Below, in pieces: positions 8,535-17,469 of a stretch of DNA of 64,000 nt (position 1 is its first letter; each line of letters starts with the position of its first letter). The position numbers were made by a program, and so were the translations under genes. The stretch covers positions 6,447 to 70,446 of the forward strand of contig JAGCCQ010000079.1 of NCBI GenBank assembly GCA_017651565.1, given 5' to 3'. Under the pieces are notes generated by a model. It made no database searches. It worked only from the letters and a program-made list of their open reading frames with translations, and had not been told where the DNA came from. Origin of the DNA: Bacilli bacterium (GTDB lineage: Bacteria > Bacillota_I > Bacilli_A > RFN20 > CAG-826).

Positions 8535-10481
8535 ATGGCTGACGAAATTAAAAAATCTAGTTATACTGCCGACGACATCCACATAATGAAGGGTCTTGAG
8601 GGTGTTAGAAAGAGACCTGCGATGTATATTGGTAGCTCAAATGGCGCTGGTTTGCATCATTTAGTTTGGGAAATTGTCGATAATGCAGTTGATGAAGCTT
8701 TATCAGGATATGGCAAAACAATTGAAGTAACAATCCACTCAGATGGATCGCTTTCAGTATTGGATGAAGGCCGTGGTATTCCTTGTGGTATTAACAAAGA
8801 AACAGGCAGACCTGCTGTTGAAATTGTTTTCACTGAATTACACGCTGGTGGTAAATTCAACTCCGCAGTCTATAAAAGTGCCGCTGGTTTACATGGTGTT
8901 GGTGCTGCTGTTACTAATGCTTTAAGTGAATGGCTTGATGTTCAAGTCTTCCAAAATGGCAACATTTATCACTTAAGATTTGAAAATGGTGGTAAGTTAA
9001 AACAAAAACTTGAAGTCATTGGATCAAGCAAAAAACACGGAACTTTTGTCAGGTTTAAACCTGACAAACAAATCTTCTCTACAGTAGATTTTAAGTGGGA
9101 TACAATCGCAAATCACCTTCAAGAAAGCGCTTTCTTAATGAAGGGTGTCCGCTTCGTTTTAAGAGAAGAAAAAACTGGTCAAGAACAAGAATTTTTATAT
9201 GAAAAAGGTCTTGTTGAATATATCCAAATCATGAATGCTGACAAGAGTCAATTAACTCCTGTTATCGACTTTGAAGGTGTTGATGATGCAACTCAAATCG
9301 GTATGGAAATTGCTCTTCAATACTGTAATGAAGACTATAACGAAACAATCTATTCTTACGTCAATAATGTTAGAACTAGAGATGGTGGTACTCACGAATC
9401 TGGTTTCAGAAGTGGTATTGGTAAATGCGTTAATGACTTCGCCGAAGCTAACGGATTATTACGTGGAAAGAAGCTTGAAGGTAGTGATATCAGGGAAGGT
9501 ATTACTGCTGTTATTTCCTTAAAAATTCCAGAACAATATCTTGAATTTGAAGGTCAAACTAAAGGTAAATTAGGTACTCCAGAAGCTAATGCAATCGTAT
9601 CTAATTTTATCAACAACAAGTTCACATATTTTTTAACTGAAAACAAAGAATTAGCAGTTCAATTAATCAATAAATGCATTGCTAGCGCAAGCGCTAGAAT
9701 GGCTGCTCGTAAAGCTAAAGAAGAAGCTAGAACTTCTAAAAAAGCTAAACAAGAAGTTATTCTTTCAGATAAATTAACACCTGCTCAATCTAAAGAATAT
9801 TTGAAAAACGAACTCTTCATTGTTGAGGGTGATTCCGCTGGTGGATCTGCTAAAAAAGGTAGAGATAGATTACATCAAGCTATCTTACCATTAAGAGGTA
9901 AACCTCTTAATACTGATTCAATTTCAATGGACAAATTACTCCATAACGAAGAAATTGCGACAATCATAAATACTATCGGTGCAGGCTTTGGACAAAGCTT
10001 TGATATCGAAGATATCCATTATGGAAAAATCATCATCATGACTGATGCTGATACTGATGGTGCTCACATTCAAACTTTATTACTTACATTCTTCTATCAC
10101 TATATGAGACAGCTTATTGTTAGTGGTCACGTTTATATTGCTGTTCCTCCACTCTACAGAGTTTATAAAGAAGACGGAAAAAAAGTTATCCAAGAATATG
10201 CTTGGGATGACGCTGGACTTGAAGCTGCTAAGAAAAAAGTTGGCGGTGGATACAAAGTATCCAGATATAAGGGTCTTGGTGAAATGGATGCAATTCAACT
10301 TAAAGAAACAACCATGGATCCTAAGACAAGATTGTTAATCCAAGTTGATATCGAAGACCCATTTATCGTTGAAAAACGTGTCGCAGTTTTAATGGGTAAA
10401 GATACATCGGTTCGTAAGAAATGGGTTGAAGAAAACGTTGACTTCAACGTTGTAGATACATTCATGAAGGAGGTTAGATAA
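8535..10481 (+). CDS. parE: DNA topoisomerase IV subunit B (ParE)
   Basis: GHKL ATPase and TOPRIM motifs (GLHHLVWEIVDNAVDE, EGDSAGG, PLRGK, IMTDADTDGAHI). Real start is MADEIKK at 8535, after AGGAGGA and a TATAAT at 8502-8507; the track GTG at 8454 is over-extended. Called ParE because the partner gene is ParC-like. Confidence 0.85.
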   Translation: MADEIKKSSYTADDIHIMKGLEGVRKRPAMYIGSSNGAGLHHLVWEIVDNAVDEALSGYGKTIEVTIHSDGSLSVLDEGRGIPCGINKETGRPAVEIVFTELHAGGKFNSAVYKSAAGLHGVGAAVTNALSEWLDVQVFQNGNIYHLRFENGGKLKQKLEVIGSSKKHGTFVRFKPDKQIFSTVDFKWDTIANHLQESAFLMKGVRFVLREEKTGQEQEFLYEKGLVEYIQIMNADKSQLTPVIDFEGVDDATQIGMEIALQYCNEDYNETIYSYVNNVRTRDGGTHESGFRSGIGKCVNDFAEANGLLRGKKLEGSDIREGITAVISLKIPEQYLEFEGQTKGKLGTPEANAIVSNFINNKFTYFLTENKELAVQLINKCIASASARMAARKAKEEARTSKKAKQEVILSDKLTPAQSKEYLKNELFIVEGDSAGGSAKKGRDRLHQAILPLRGKPLNTDSISMDKLLHNEEIATIINTIGAGFGQSFDIEDIHYGKIIIMTDADTDGAHIQTLLLTFFYHYMRQLIVSGHVYIAVPPLYRVYKEDGKKVIQEYAWDDAGLEAAKKKVGGGYKVSRYKGLGEMDAIQLKETTMDPKTRLLIQVDIEDPFIVEKRVAVLMGKDTSVRKKWVEENVDFNVVDTFMKEVR

Positions 10482-10483
10482 TT

Positions 10484-13132
10484 ATGGGCAGAAGAAAAAA
10501 AGAAGATGCTCCTGAGGAAGTAGTTGTAGAAAATATTTCTGTCGAACCTATGGAAGAAGTCATGGGTGATAGATATGCAACTTATGCAAAATATGTCATT
10601 CAAGATAGAGCTATTCCAGATGTTAGAGATGGTTTAAAACCTGTTCAAAGAAGAATTATTTTCTCAATGTACAAATCTAACAATGTCTTCAATAAACCAA
10701 CAAGAAAATGTGCTCACACAGTTGGTGCTGTTATGGGTACTTATCACCCTCATGGTGACACCTCAATTTATGAAGCTTTAGCTCGTATGTCACAGGATTG
10801 GAAAGTCAGATATCCACTCATTGATTTCCAAGGAAATAATGGTAGTATCGATGGTGACTCTCCTGCTGCATATCGTTATACAGAATCAAGATTATCAGAA
10901 CTCTCAAATGAGCTCATTAAAGACATCGAAAAGAAGACAGTTGATATGCAACTCAACTTCGATGATACAGAGCTTGAGCCGGTCGTTTTACCATCAAGAT
11001 TCCCTAACCTATTTGTCAATGGTACTGAAGGTATCGCAGTTGCGTTAGCAACTGAAATTCCTCCACATAACCTACGTGAAGTAATTGAAGCAACTATTTA
11101 TAGAATCACTCATAAGACTGCTACAATTGAAGATTTGATGCAAATTGTTAAGGGCCCTGACTTCCCTGGTGGAGGCTACATTTATAACTCTGATGGACTC
11201 AAAAATATCTACTTAACTGGTAGAGGAAGAATTGAGCTTTCTGCTAAATGTGAAATTGTTTCAAATAGAGACAATCAACAAATCGTAATTACCGAAATTC
11301 CATATAAAGTAGTTAAGATTCAATTAGTTTACGAAATCGATAAAATCATCCACTCAAAAGCGGTTGATGGAATGCTTGAAGTTAGAGATGAATCTGACTG
11401 GAAAGGCATTAGAATTGTTATCGATTGTAGAAAAGACGCAAAATGTGATCTTCTCTTAAAATATTTGATGAGTAAAACATCCCTTGTTTGTGGTTATTCC
11501 GCTAACATGGTTGCAATCGTTAATGGACGTCCAAAAACAATTAATTTATTAGACTACATTGACGCATATATTGCTCACCAAGTTGATGTCGTAACTAGAA
11601 AGAGCAAATTTGATTTACAAAAGGCTAGCGATAGATTACATATCGTCGAAGGATTAATCCTTGCTTCATTAAATATTAATGAAGTTGTCGATATTATCAA
11701 GAAAAGTAAAGATAAAGCAGACTCAAAAGTTAACTTAATTGCTAGATTCAAATTAAGTAATGAACAAGCTGAAGCAATCGTTACAATGCCTTTATATAAA
11801 TTATCCCACACTGATGAAATTACATTAGAAAATGAAAAGGCATCATTGTTGGAAGAAATTAGCAATTTGAAAGCAATCTTAGAAAATCCAGATAAACTTA
11901 ATCGCGTATTATGTAAGGATTTAAAGGAAATTGCTGAAAAATATGGCGATGATAGACGTACTCAAATTATCGAAAAAGAAGGTACAACTGAAGTCGATAA
12001 GAGAGAATTAATCGCAAAAGAAGACGTTATGATTGCTGTCACTAGAGATGGCTATGTCAAACGTTCCACAATGAAGTCATATAGAACTAGTGGTGAAAAT
12101 GTTCTCCCTGGTATTAAAGATGGCGACGCACTTGTATCTTGCGGTTTAGGTAACACAATTGATTACTTAATCGCATTTACATCTCTTGGAAACTATGTTT
12201 CCATCCCAGTCCACAAGTTACCAGAAACTAAGTGGAAAGACGAAGGTGTTCACTTGAACCAATTTGCTACATTATCTGCTGGTGAAAAGATTGTTAAAGC
12301 AGTTGTCTATAACGTCTTAAGAAACGACTTATATCTCGCATTCTTAAGTAAATTTGGACAAATTAAGAGAATGTGCATTGATTGCTTAGACTTCTCTAAA
12401 CACTCTAAACCAGTTAAATGCATGAAACTTCTAACTGGTGATGAAATCGTTGGTGTTGAATGCTTAACAGGTAATAGTGATATCTTAATTCTTTCTGCAG
12501 ATGGTCGTGGCACATTCTTCAACGAAAATGAATTAACAATCGTTGGCGCTAAAGCTGGTGGTGTTAAATCAATGAACGGCTTAAATAAATCAAGCGCCGC
12601 ATGTATGTTGTCATTTGATGAAGATGAATATAGCAAAATTGTTATTTTCACTGATAAGGCATCATATAGAATTATTGATACAAATAGACTTACAAAAACT
12701 CAACGTTTAGGTAAATCTATGGAACTTGTTCCATCTTTCAAATATGAAAAGCATTTAGTTGTTGCTATGAGAAAGATTGTTACAAGAGAAGATGTTAACT
12801 CTTATAGCTTGTATTTATCTGATCAAACTAACTACGAATTAAAGATTGATAATTATTTCTTAACTGATGTTACTAAAAACGCTAAGAAGAACATCGATAT
12901 TCCTGCAAAAGTTATGATTGTTAATGCTTATTCAGCATTCTTAGAGAGAATTGACGCTAAATCAACTTCTCACCCAATTATTCCTAAAGAAAGACCTGAA
13001 GGCTCTGAAGAAGGAATTGATTCTGGAGAAGAAGGTGTAAGTGAATCTGATGGTGGTGAAACACCAGCAGAAAATACTCCAAAAGAATCGAAAATAGAAC
13101 AAATTTCCATATTCGATGATTTAGACGAATAA
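10484..13132 (+). CDS. parC: DNA topoisomerase IV subunit A (ParC) with acidic C-terminal tail
   Basis: N-terminus [26 protein letters not shown] is ParC-type (GyrA has VHRRIL). Active-site region AAYRYTE. The C-terminal domain lacks a GyrA box (no QRRGGKG-like motif). Confidence 0.85.
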   Translation: MGRRKKEDAPEEVVVENISVEPMEEVMGDRYATYAKYVIQDRAIPDVRDGLKPVQRRIIFSMYKSNNVFNKPTRKCAHTVGAVMGTYHPHGDTSIYEALARMSQDWKVRYPLIDFQGNNGSIDGDSPAAYRYTESRLSELSNELIKDIEKKTVDMQLNFDDTELEPVVLPSRFPNLFVNGTEGIAVALATEIPPHNLREVIEATIYRITHKTATIEDLMQIVKGPDFPGGGYIYNSDGLKNIYLTGRGRIELSAKCEIVSNRDNQQIVITEIPYKVVKIQLVYEIDKIIHSKAVDGMLEVRDESDWKGIRIVIDCRKDAKCDLLLKYLMSKTSLVCGYSANMVAIVNGRPKTINLLDYIDAYIAHQVDVVTRKSKFDLQKASDRLHIVEGLILASLNINEVVDIIKKSKDKADSKVNLIARFKLSNEQAEAIVTMPLYKLSHTDEITLENEKASLLEEISNLKAILENPDKLNRVLCKDLKEIAEKYGDDRRTQIIEKEGTTEVDKRELIAKEDVMIAVTRDGYVKRSTMKSYRTSGENVLPGIKDGDALVSCGLGNTIDYLIAFTSLGNYVSIPVHKLPETKWKDEGVHLNQFATLSAGEKIVKAVVYNVLRNDLYLAFLSKFGQIKRMCIDCLDFSKHSKPVKCMKLLTGDEIVGVECLTGNSDILILSADGRGTFFNENELTIVGAKAGGVKSMNGLNKSSAACMLSFDEDEYSKIVIFTDKASYRIIDTNRLTKTQRLGKSMELVPSFKYEKHLVVAMRKIVTREDVNSYSLYLSDQTNYELKIDNYFLTDVTKNAKKNIDIPAKVMIVNAYSAFLERIDAKSTSHPIIPKERPEGSEEGIDSGEEGVSESDGGETPAENTPKESKIEQISIFDDLDE

Positions 13133-13157
13133 TACCAGGTATTATTAGTTAATAAAA

Positions 13158-13185
13158 GTGGTAGATATAATCTACCGCTTTTTTG
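13158..13185 (+). terminator. Rho-independent terminator after parC
   Basis: Stem GTGGTAGA-tataa-TCTACCGC (one G-U pair) followed by TTTTTTG. Confidence 0.75.
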
Positions 13186-13236
13186 CTTATTCTCAAAAGT
13201 CTATTTTTTTAGACTTTTATATAGTATTATATTTCC

Positions 13237-13767
13237 ATGAGTAAATTTGTTCCTTTTGCACATGCTAAAAGTCTATACGAAATAGACCCAGAATTTTTCA
13301 AAAGTAATGGTGTTACTACTCTTTTTGTTGACCTTGATAATACATTAGATAGTTATAAATGCCATTCTCCTTCTGATAACGCTAAAGAATTAATTAAAAA
13401 GTTAAAAGAAGCTGGGTTAGATGCTGTTATTATATCTAACAATAGATATAAGAGAGTTTTACCATACGCAAAAGAATTAGGCGTTGATTTTATGTCATCA
13501 ACAGGAAAACCTTTTCCACGTAAAATCAATAAATATGTCCTAGAAAAAGGACTTAATAAAGAAAATATTATGGTTGTTGGGGATCAACTCATGACAGATA
13601 CTCTAGCAGGGAATAGAGCGAAAATTAGAGTTGTTTTAACTGAAAAGATTGTTAAAGAAGATCAACCAACAACACACTTCAATAGAATTTTTGATAGACC
13701 AATTAGAAAACATTTAAGAAAGAAAGGTTTATTAGTAGATTGGAAGGACAAATATGGGACAAGGTAG
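13237..13767 (+). CDS. yqeG: YqeG-family HAD-IIIA phosphatase
   Basis: HAD motifs DLDNTL and VGDQLMTD. First gene of the conserved yqeG-yqeH-yhbY-nadD-yqeK order. Confidence 0.85.
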   Translation: MSKFVPFAHAKSLYEIDPEFFKSNGVTTLFVDLDNTLDSYKCHSPSDNAKELIKKLKEAGLDAVIISNNRYKRVLPYAKELGVDFMSSTGKPFPRKINKYVLEKGLNKENIMVVGDQLMTDTLAGNRAKIRVVLTEKIVKEDQPTTHFNRIFDRPIRKHLRKKGLLVDWKDKYGTR

Positions 13768-14899
13768 AAAAGTTTTACGTTGTATACGTTGTGGGGAAGC
13801 CCTTCAAAGTACAAATCCAAAAGCAAAGGGTTATATTAGCCCTGAGTTTTTAAATGAACAAAATGAAATCACCGCAATTTATTGCGATGAATGTTATGAC
13901 GCGATTTCTTTAATAAACGCTAGGGTTCAATCTACTCATGATGATCAAGCGGTTGTTAGTTACTTCAAGAAGTTAAGAAAAGATAGAACTGTAATCCTTT
14001 ACGTAATGGATTTATTTAGCTTTTCTGGTTTAATTGATGAAGACTTCGTTGCATTAGCAAAAGGAAAAGATGTCGTTGTCGTTGGTACAAAAAGAAAACT
14101 TTTTGGTAACTATTTCAACGCCAAAAAAATGGAAAATTGCATTATAAATGCATTAGAAGAAAAAGGTATCAAACCATTAAAGATTTACATGGTTGATAAA
14201 AACGATAAATCAATTGATGATGCAATCGAAGCTTTCAAACGCCATTTTATTGATGGTGATTTCAAAGGTAGAGATGCATTCATGGTTGGTAGAAAGAACT
14301 CAGGTAAAACGACTTTGATTGGTTCTTTCTTAAAGAAATATAACAACCAAAGTAATGAAAACATCAATGTTGAATGGTTAAATAAGAACTTAAAAGCGAC
14401 AATTATTCCTTTACCAGATGGAAATAAGTTCTATGAACTTCCTGATTTAAGTAATAATAATTCAATTATTTCTAAAGTTGAAAAACCAATTCAATACTTA
14501 TTAATTCCTAAAGGAACAATTGATACACATGGTGGCTCTTTAAAAGGAGGAGACGCTGTTCAAATTGGTTCAATTGCAGGAATTGAAGTTACTGAAGGCG
14601 ATTCAACTTACTATAAATATTACTGTTCAAAACAAGTTGAAGTTAAGAAGGTCGCAGCTTCTAAATTTAATGATTCATTCAAAAATAATATGATTAATAA
14701 ACTTATTAGACCTGTCTCTAGTAATTTTATTACTATGTTAGACTTTGAAGTATTCGAATTTGTCTTTGCAAAAGACGGAATTTACCATGAAATAGCGGCT
14801 GAGGGACTCGGTTTTATAGTCTTTAAGGGAGTTGGCCAAACAATTAGAATTTGTGTCCCTAAGGGCGTTTATGTAAGTAGCAATTTAGGGAGAGCTTAA
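13754..14899 (+). CDS. yqeH: YqeH-like circularly permuted P-loop NTPase (ribosome small-subunit biogenesis) with non-canonical G4/G3 motifs
   Basis: N-terminal zinc finger CxxC...CxxC (CIRCGE...CDECYD), P-loop GRKNSGKT, synteny after yqeG, 14-nt overlap with yqeG. TKRK replaces NKxD and ELPD replaces DTPG, by eye-alignment. Confidence 0.75.
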   Translation: MGQGRKVLRCIRCGEALQSTNPKAKGYISPEFLNEQNEITAIYCDECYDAISLINARVQSTHDDQAVVSYFKKLRKDRTVILYVMDLFSFSGLIDEDFVALAKGKDVVVVGTKRKLFGNYFNAKKMENCIINALEEKGIKPLKIYMVDKNDKSIDDAIEAFKRHFIDGDFKGRDAFMVGRKNSGKTTLIGSFLKKYNNQSNENINVEWLNKNLKATIIPLPDGNKFYELPDLSNNNSIISKVEKPIQYLLIPKGTIDTHGGSLKGGDAVQIGSIAGIEVTEGDSTYYKYYCSKQVEVKKVAASKFNDSFKNNMINKLIRPVSSNFITMLDFEVFEFVFAKDGIYHEIAAEGLGFIVFKGVGQTIRICVPKGVYVSSNLGRA

Positions 14900-14903
14900 T
14901 ATT

Positions 14904-15191
14904 ATGTTAACTAGCACAGATAAAAAAACATTAAAAGGTATTGCTAATACTTTAGAAACAAAATATCAATTAGGAAAAAGCGGAATTACAGATACTTCTG
15001 TAGATATGTTTGATAAAGCTTTAACCGCACACGAATTGATCAAAATTGATGTAATGAAAAATGTAACAACTGAAATTATGGAACTTGCTTTAGATTTATC
15101 TAGCAAATTAAAAGCTGAAGTTGTTAACGTTATTGGAAGAACAATTCTTCTTTATAGAAGGAATCCAAAAAATCCTAAAATTAAACTCTAA
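14904..15191 (+). CDS. yhbY: YhbY/YqeI CRM-domain RNA-binding protein
   Basis: 95 aa. LTSTDKKTLKGIANTLETKYQLGKSGIT matches the CRS1/YhbY pattern; synteny. Confidence 0.85.
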   Translation: MLTSTDKKTLKGIANTLETKYQLGKSGITDTSVDMFDKALTAHELIKIDVMKNVTTEIMELALDLSSKLKAEVVNVIGRTILLYRRNPKNPKIKL

Positions 15192-15193
15192 AA

Positions 15194-16297
15194 ATGAAAA
15201 GAATTATATTTGGTGGTGCATTTGACCCAATTCATAACGGTCATATAAATATGGCTTTATCCGCTGCAAAACAAATCGGCGGACATGTCATTTTTGTGCC
15301 TTCAAAAGTTTCTGTTTGGAAAACTGAATCAGTTGCTGTAAAGCATAAGAAAAAAATGGTGCAACTCGCCATCAAAGATTATGATTGCTTTTCTTTATCA
15401 GATTTTGAGTTAACCCACAAAGATAAGTTTGTTTATTCAATTTTCACAATTAAACATTTTATCGAAATGTATCCAGAAGATAAGATTTTCTACTTAATTG
15501 GTGGAGATCAAGCTAACAAATTCCATCTATGGAAATACTGTGATGACATCGCAAAATACGCACAAATTCTCGTTTTTCCAAGAAAAGACGTTAAATTATC
15601 AAAGAAAAACGTAGATAGATTCAATATGATTGTTCTTAAAGGCGAAGAAAGAAGCGACGCTTCTAATAATATTCGTTCTTTTAAAGAAATCGATATTCCA
15701 TATCCTGTTATTCAATATATTGAAGAACATTCATTATACTACATTCCTAAATTAAAAGAATGGTATGGAGATAGATATAATCACGTTAAAAATGTAGCTG
15801 ACTTATCTCATCAAATTGCTAAGAATAATGGATTTAATCCTCAAAAAGCTTACATTGCTGGATTCTTACATGATTTAGGTAAGAAAGTTCATTTGAGCGA
15901 TACAACAAAAGATTATTCTGAAGAAATTAAATATTTGAATACAGCATTCGAAGGAAGATTCAAAGATTTACCTCCATATGCAATTCATCAAGTTTTAGGC
16001 GTTTATTACGCTCAAAAAGAATTTGGAATTGAAGATCCTAAAATTTTGAACGCGATTTTGTGGCATTGTACTGCAAATGAAAATATGAACTGGATTGAGA
16101 AGATAGTTTATGCAGCTGACAAAATTGAGCCATCAAGAGGATATGATTCTTCAAAATTAATTCAAGCTATGATGGATGATTTAGATGAAGGATTTGTAAC
16201 AGTATTAAGAGCGAATATCGATTACATTCACCCAAAGATGAAAAAGAACGGTGAAAATGAATTTACCGAGAAGGCAATAAAATATTACTTAAAATAG
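15194..16297 (+). CDS. nadD: Fusion protein: nicotinate-nucleotide adenylyltransferase NadD plus YqeK HD-domain hydrolase
   Basis: N-terminal GGAFDPIHNGH (NadD signature). The C-terminal half has the HD motif (HVKNVADLS...GFLHDLGK) typical of YqeK. It is a single uninterrupted 367-aa frame. Confidence 0.85.
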   Translation: MKRIIFGGAFDPIHNGHINMALSAAKQIGGHVIFVPSKVSVWKTESVAVKHKKKMVQLAIKDYDCFSLSDFELTHKDKFVYSIFTIKHFIEMYPEDKIFYLIGGDQANKFHLWKYCDDIAKYAQILVFPRKDVKLSKKNVDRFNMIVLKGEERSDASNNIRSFKEIDIPYPVIQYIEEHSLYYIPKLKEWYGDRYNHVKNVADLSHQIAKNNGFNPQKAYIAGFLHDLGKKVHLSDTTKDYSEEIKYLNTAFEGRFKDLPPYAIHQVLGVYYAQKEFGIEDPKILNAILWHCTANENMNWIEKIVYAADKIEPSRGYDSSKLIQAMMDDLDEGFVTVLRANIDYIHPKMKKNGENEFTEKAIKYYLK

Positions 16298-16307
16298 TTT
16301 GGAAACA

Positions 16308-16335
16308 ACTTCGCATAATTTGCATTATGTTAACA
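16308..16335. other. dif: dif chromosome-dimer resolution site (XerC arm ACTTCGCATAA, spacer TTTGCA, XerD arm TTATGTTAACA)
   Basis: 28-bp 11-6-11 architecture. Both arms match E. coli dif (GGTGCGCATAA/TTATGTTAAAT) and B. subtilis dif (ACTTCCTAGAA/TTATGTAAACT) at 8/11 and 9/11 positions. It lies in the only convergent gap of the window, where gene orientation flips. Confidence 0.8.
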
Positions 16336-16358
16336 AAAAATAAGGCAAAAAATAAATA

Positions 16359-16385
16359 AAGACGATTTAGAAAATCGTCTTTTTA
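16359..16385. terminator. Bidirectional rho-independent terminator between convergent genes
   Basis: Perfect 9-bp stem AAGACGATT-tagaa-AATCGTCTT, with a T-run on + and a T-rich run (TTATTTATT) on -. Confidence 0.75.
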
Positions 16386-16426
16386 CTTATTTTCTTATTT
16401 TGAATATTTACTGATTTAAATTGTTT

Positions 16427-17452
16427 TTAATAATCTTCAAACGAATCTGTGTTTGAAGCATATTTTTCGAATGAATCAGTTTCATCATCTAAAGGATGTT
16501 CTTTGCAATATTCTTCAAATGTATCTTCGCCTTCGAAATATTTTTCAGCGTTTCCGTTTGCGATTTCTTCTTCAATAATTTGAATCATATGTCTTTTTTG
16601 AATTATTAACAAAATTCCAGCGACAACACAAATCGTTGTGCCTGCAATTAATAAACCAAAAAGTCCCCAATCAATTGTATAAACGTTTTCGTTGGTATCA
16701 ATAACAAATGTAAGATTACAATGTGTTTTGTCATAAAATCTATCTATGCTTTCTTGCAATTGACTTTTACCATTTGTAATTTCATATGGAGTACGATTTA
16801 TGATTTTTGAGTTTTTGACATTATCTGGCTTTGTAACGCCAAAATATTTTTTTACGGCATCACTTACATCAAATTGAGTATCAACTACATTATTTACGCA
16901 TTTGGATAAAGATAAATAAATGTCGTCGCGATAATTTCTTCTAGGAATATTAGTTTTAATTTCTGATCCGAAAGAACTATTTGGTCCTCCAAAAACCATA
17001 TCAACATGCCAATATACATTGTCACCGTTTATGCAAACATAATCAAAACTGTTATTGTCTTTGTAATCAACAATTGTTACTAAAACATTGCTCTCATAAT
17101 ATTGCGATTTTTCATCATAAATTTCTGCATATGTTTCTAAGCCGTAGTTTTCGAGTTTTTCTTGATCAAATTCTCCTTTTAAAGAGCAAGTGTGAACTGC
17201 GAAAAAAACTAATACAATTGCAGTTATAAATAGAAAAATAGAAGCTGCAAAATTTTGAATTCCTCTTCTTTCAGCGTATGTGTAAGGAATGTAGTGAGAA
17301 TGATAATAGTAACCCGGTCTTGTGTAATATGTTGAGTGTAATCTTCCGTGTTTATCGTATCTAGGAGCACTTGATGATGAAGAATTTCCTCCAAATGAAT
17401 GGAAACTTCCACCTCCTCCACTAAAGTGTCCCCCGCCTCCAACGTGTGGCAT
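16427..17452 (-). CDS. Hypothetical two-TM membrane protein with Gly/Ser/Tyr/His-rich N-terminus and acidic C-terminus
   Basis: 341-aa ORF with RBS AGGAGGAAG upstream. N-terminus is MPHVGGGGHFSGGGGSFHSFGGNSSSSS...YYTRPGYYYHSHYIPYTY. TM1 is about residues 69-89, then a ~170-aa loop domain, TM2 (LFGLLIAGTTICVVAGILLII) and an acidic tail. I recognise no family. Confidence 0.7.
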   Translation of the reverse strand: MPHVGGGGHFSGGGGSFHSFGGNSSSSSAPRYDKHGRLHSTYYTRPGYYYHSHYIPYTYAERRGIQNFAASIFLFITAIVLVFFAVHTCSLKGEFDQEKLENYGLETYAEIYDEKSQYYESNVLVTIVDYKDNNSFDYVCINGDNVYWHVDMVFGGPNSSFGSEIKTNIPRRNYRDDIYLSLSKCVNNVVDTQFDVSDAVKKYFGVTKPDNVKNSKIINRTPYEITNGKSQLQESIDRFYDKTHCNLTFVIDTNENVYTIDWGLFGLLIAGTTICVVAGILLIIQKRHMIQIIEEEIANGNAEKYFEGEDTFEEYCKEHPLDDETDSFEKYASNTDSFEDY

Positions 17453-17469
17453 AAGTCTTCCTCCTAAAA

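Noticed and set aside
8535-13132. Type II topoisomerase pair considered as gyrB/gyrA.
   Set aside because: The A subunit has the ParC-type N-terminus ([16 protein letters not shown]) and lacks a GyrA box in the C-terminal domain. parE-parC adjacency is typical for Bacillota. Residual uncertainty remains without a phylogeny.
13186-13236. Possible leaderless promoter for yqeG (TATTAT 6 nt before the ATG), and similarly for the MBL hydrolase at 6704 and the TPR-like gene at 53586.
   Set aside because: There is no SD, but the -10 candidates lack the TGn extension or a convincing -35, and several alternative hexamers fit equally well in this AT-rich DNA. They are too ambiguous to call.
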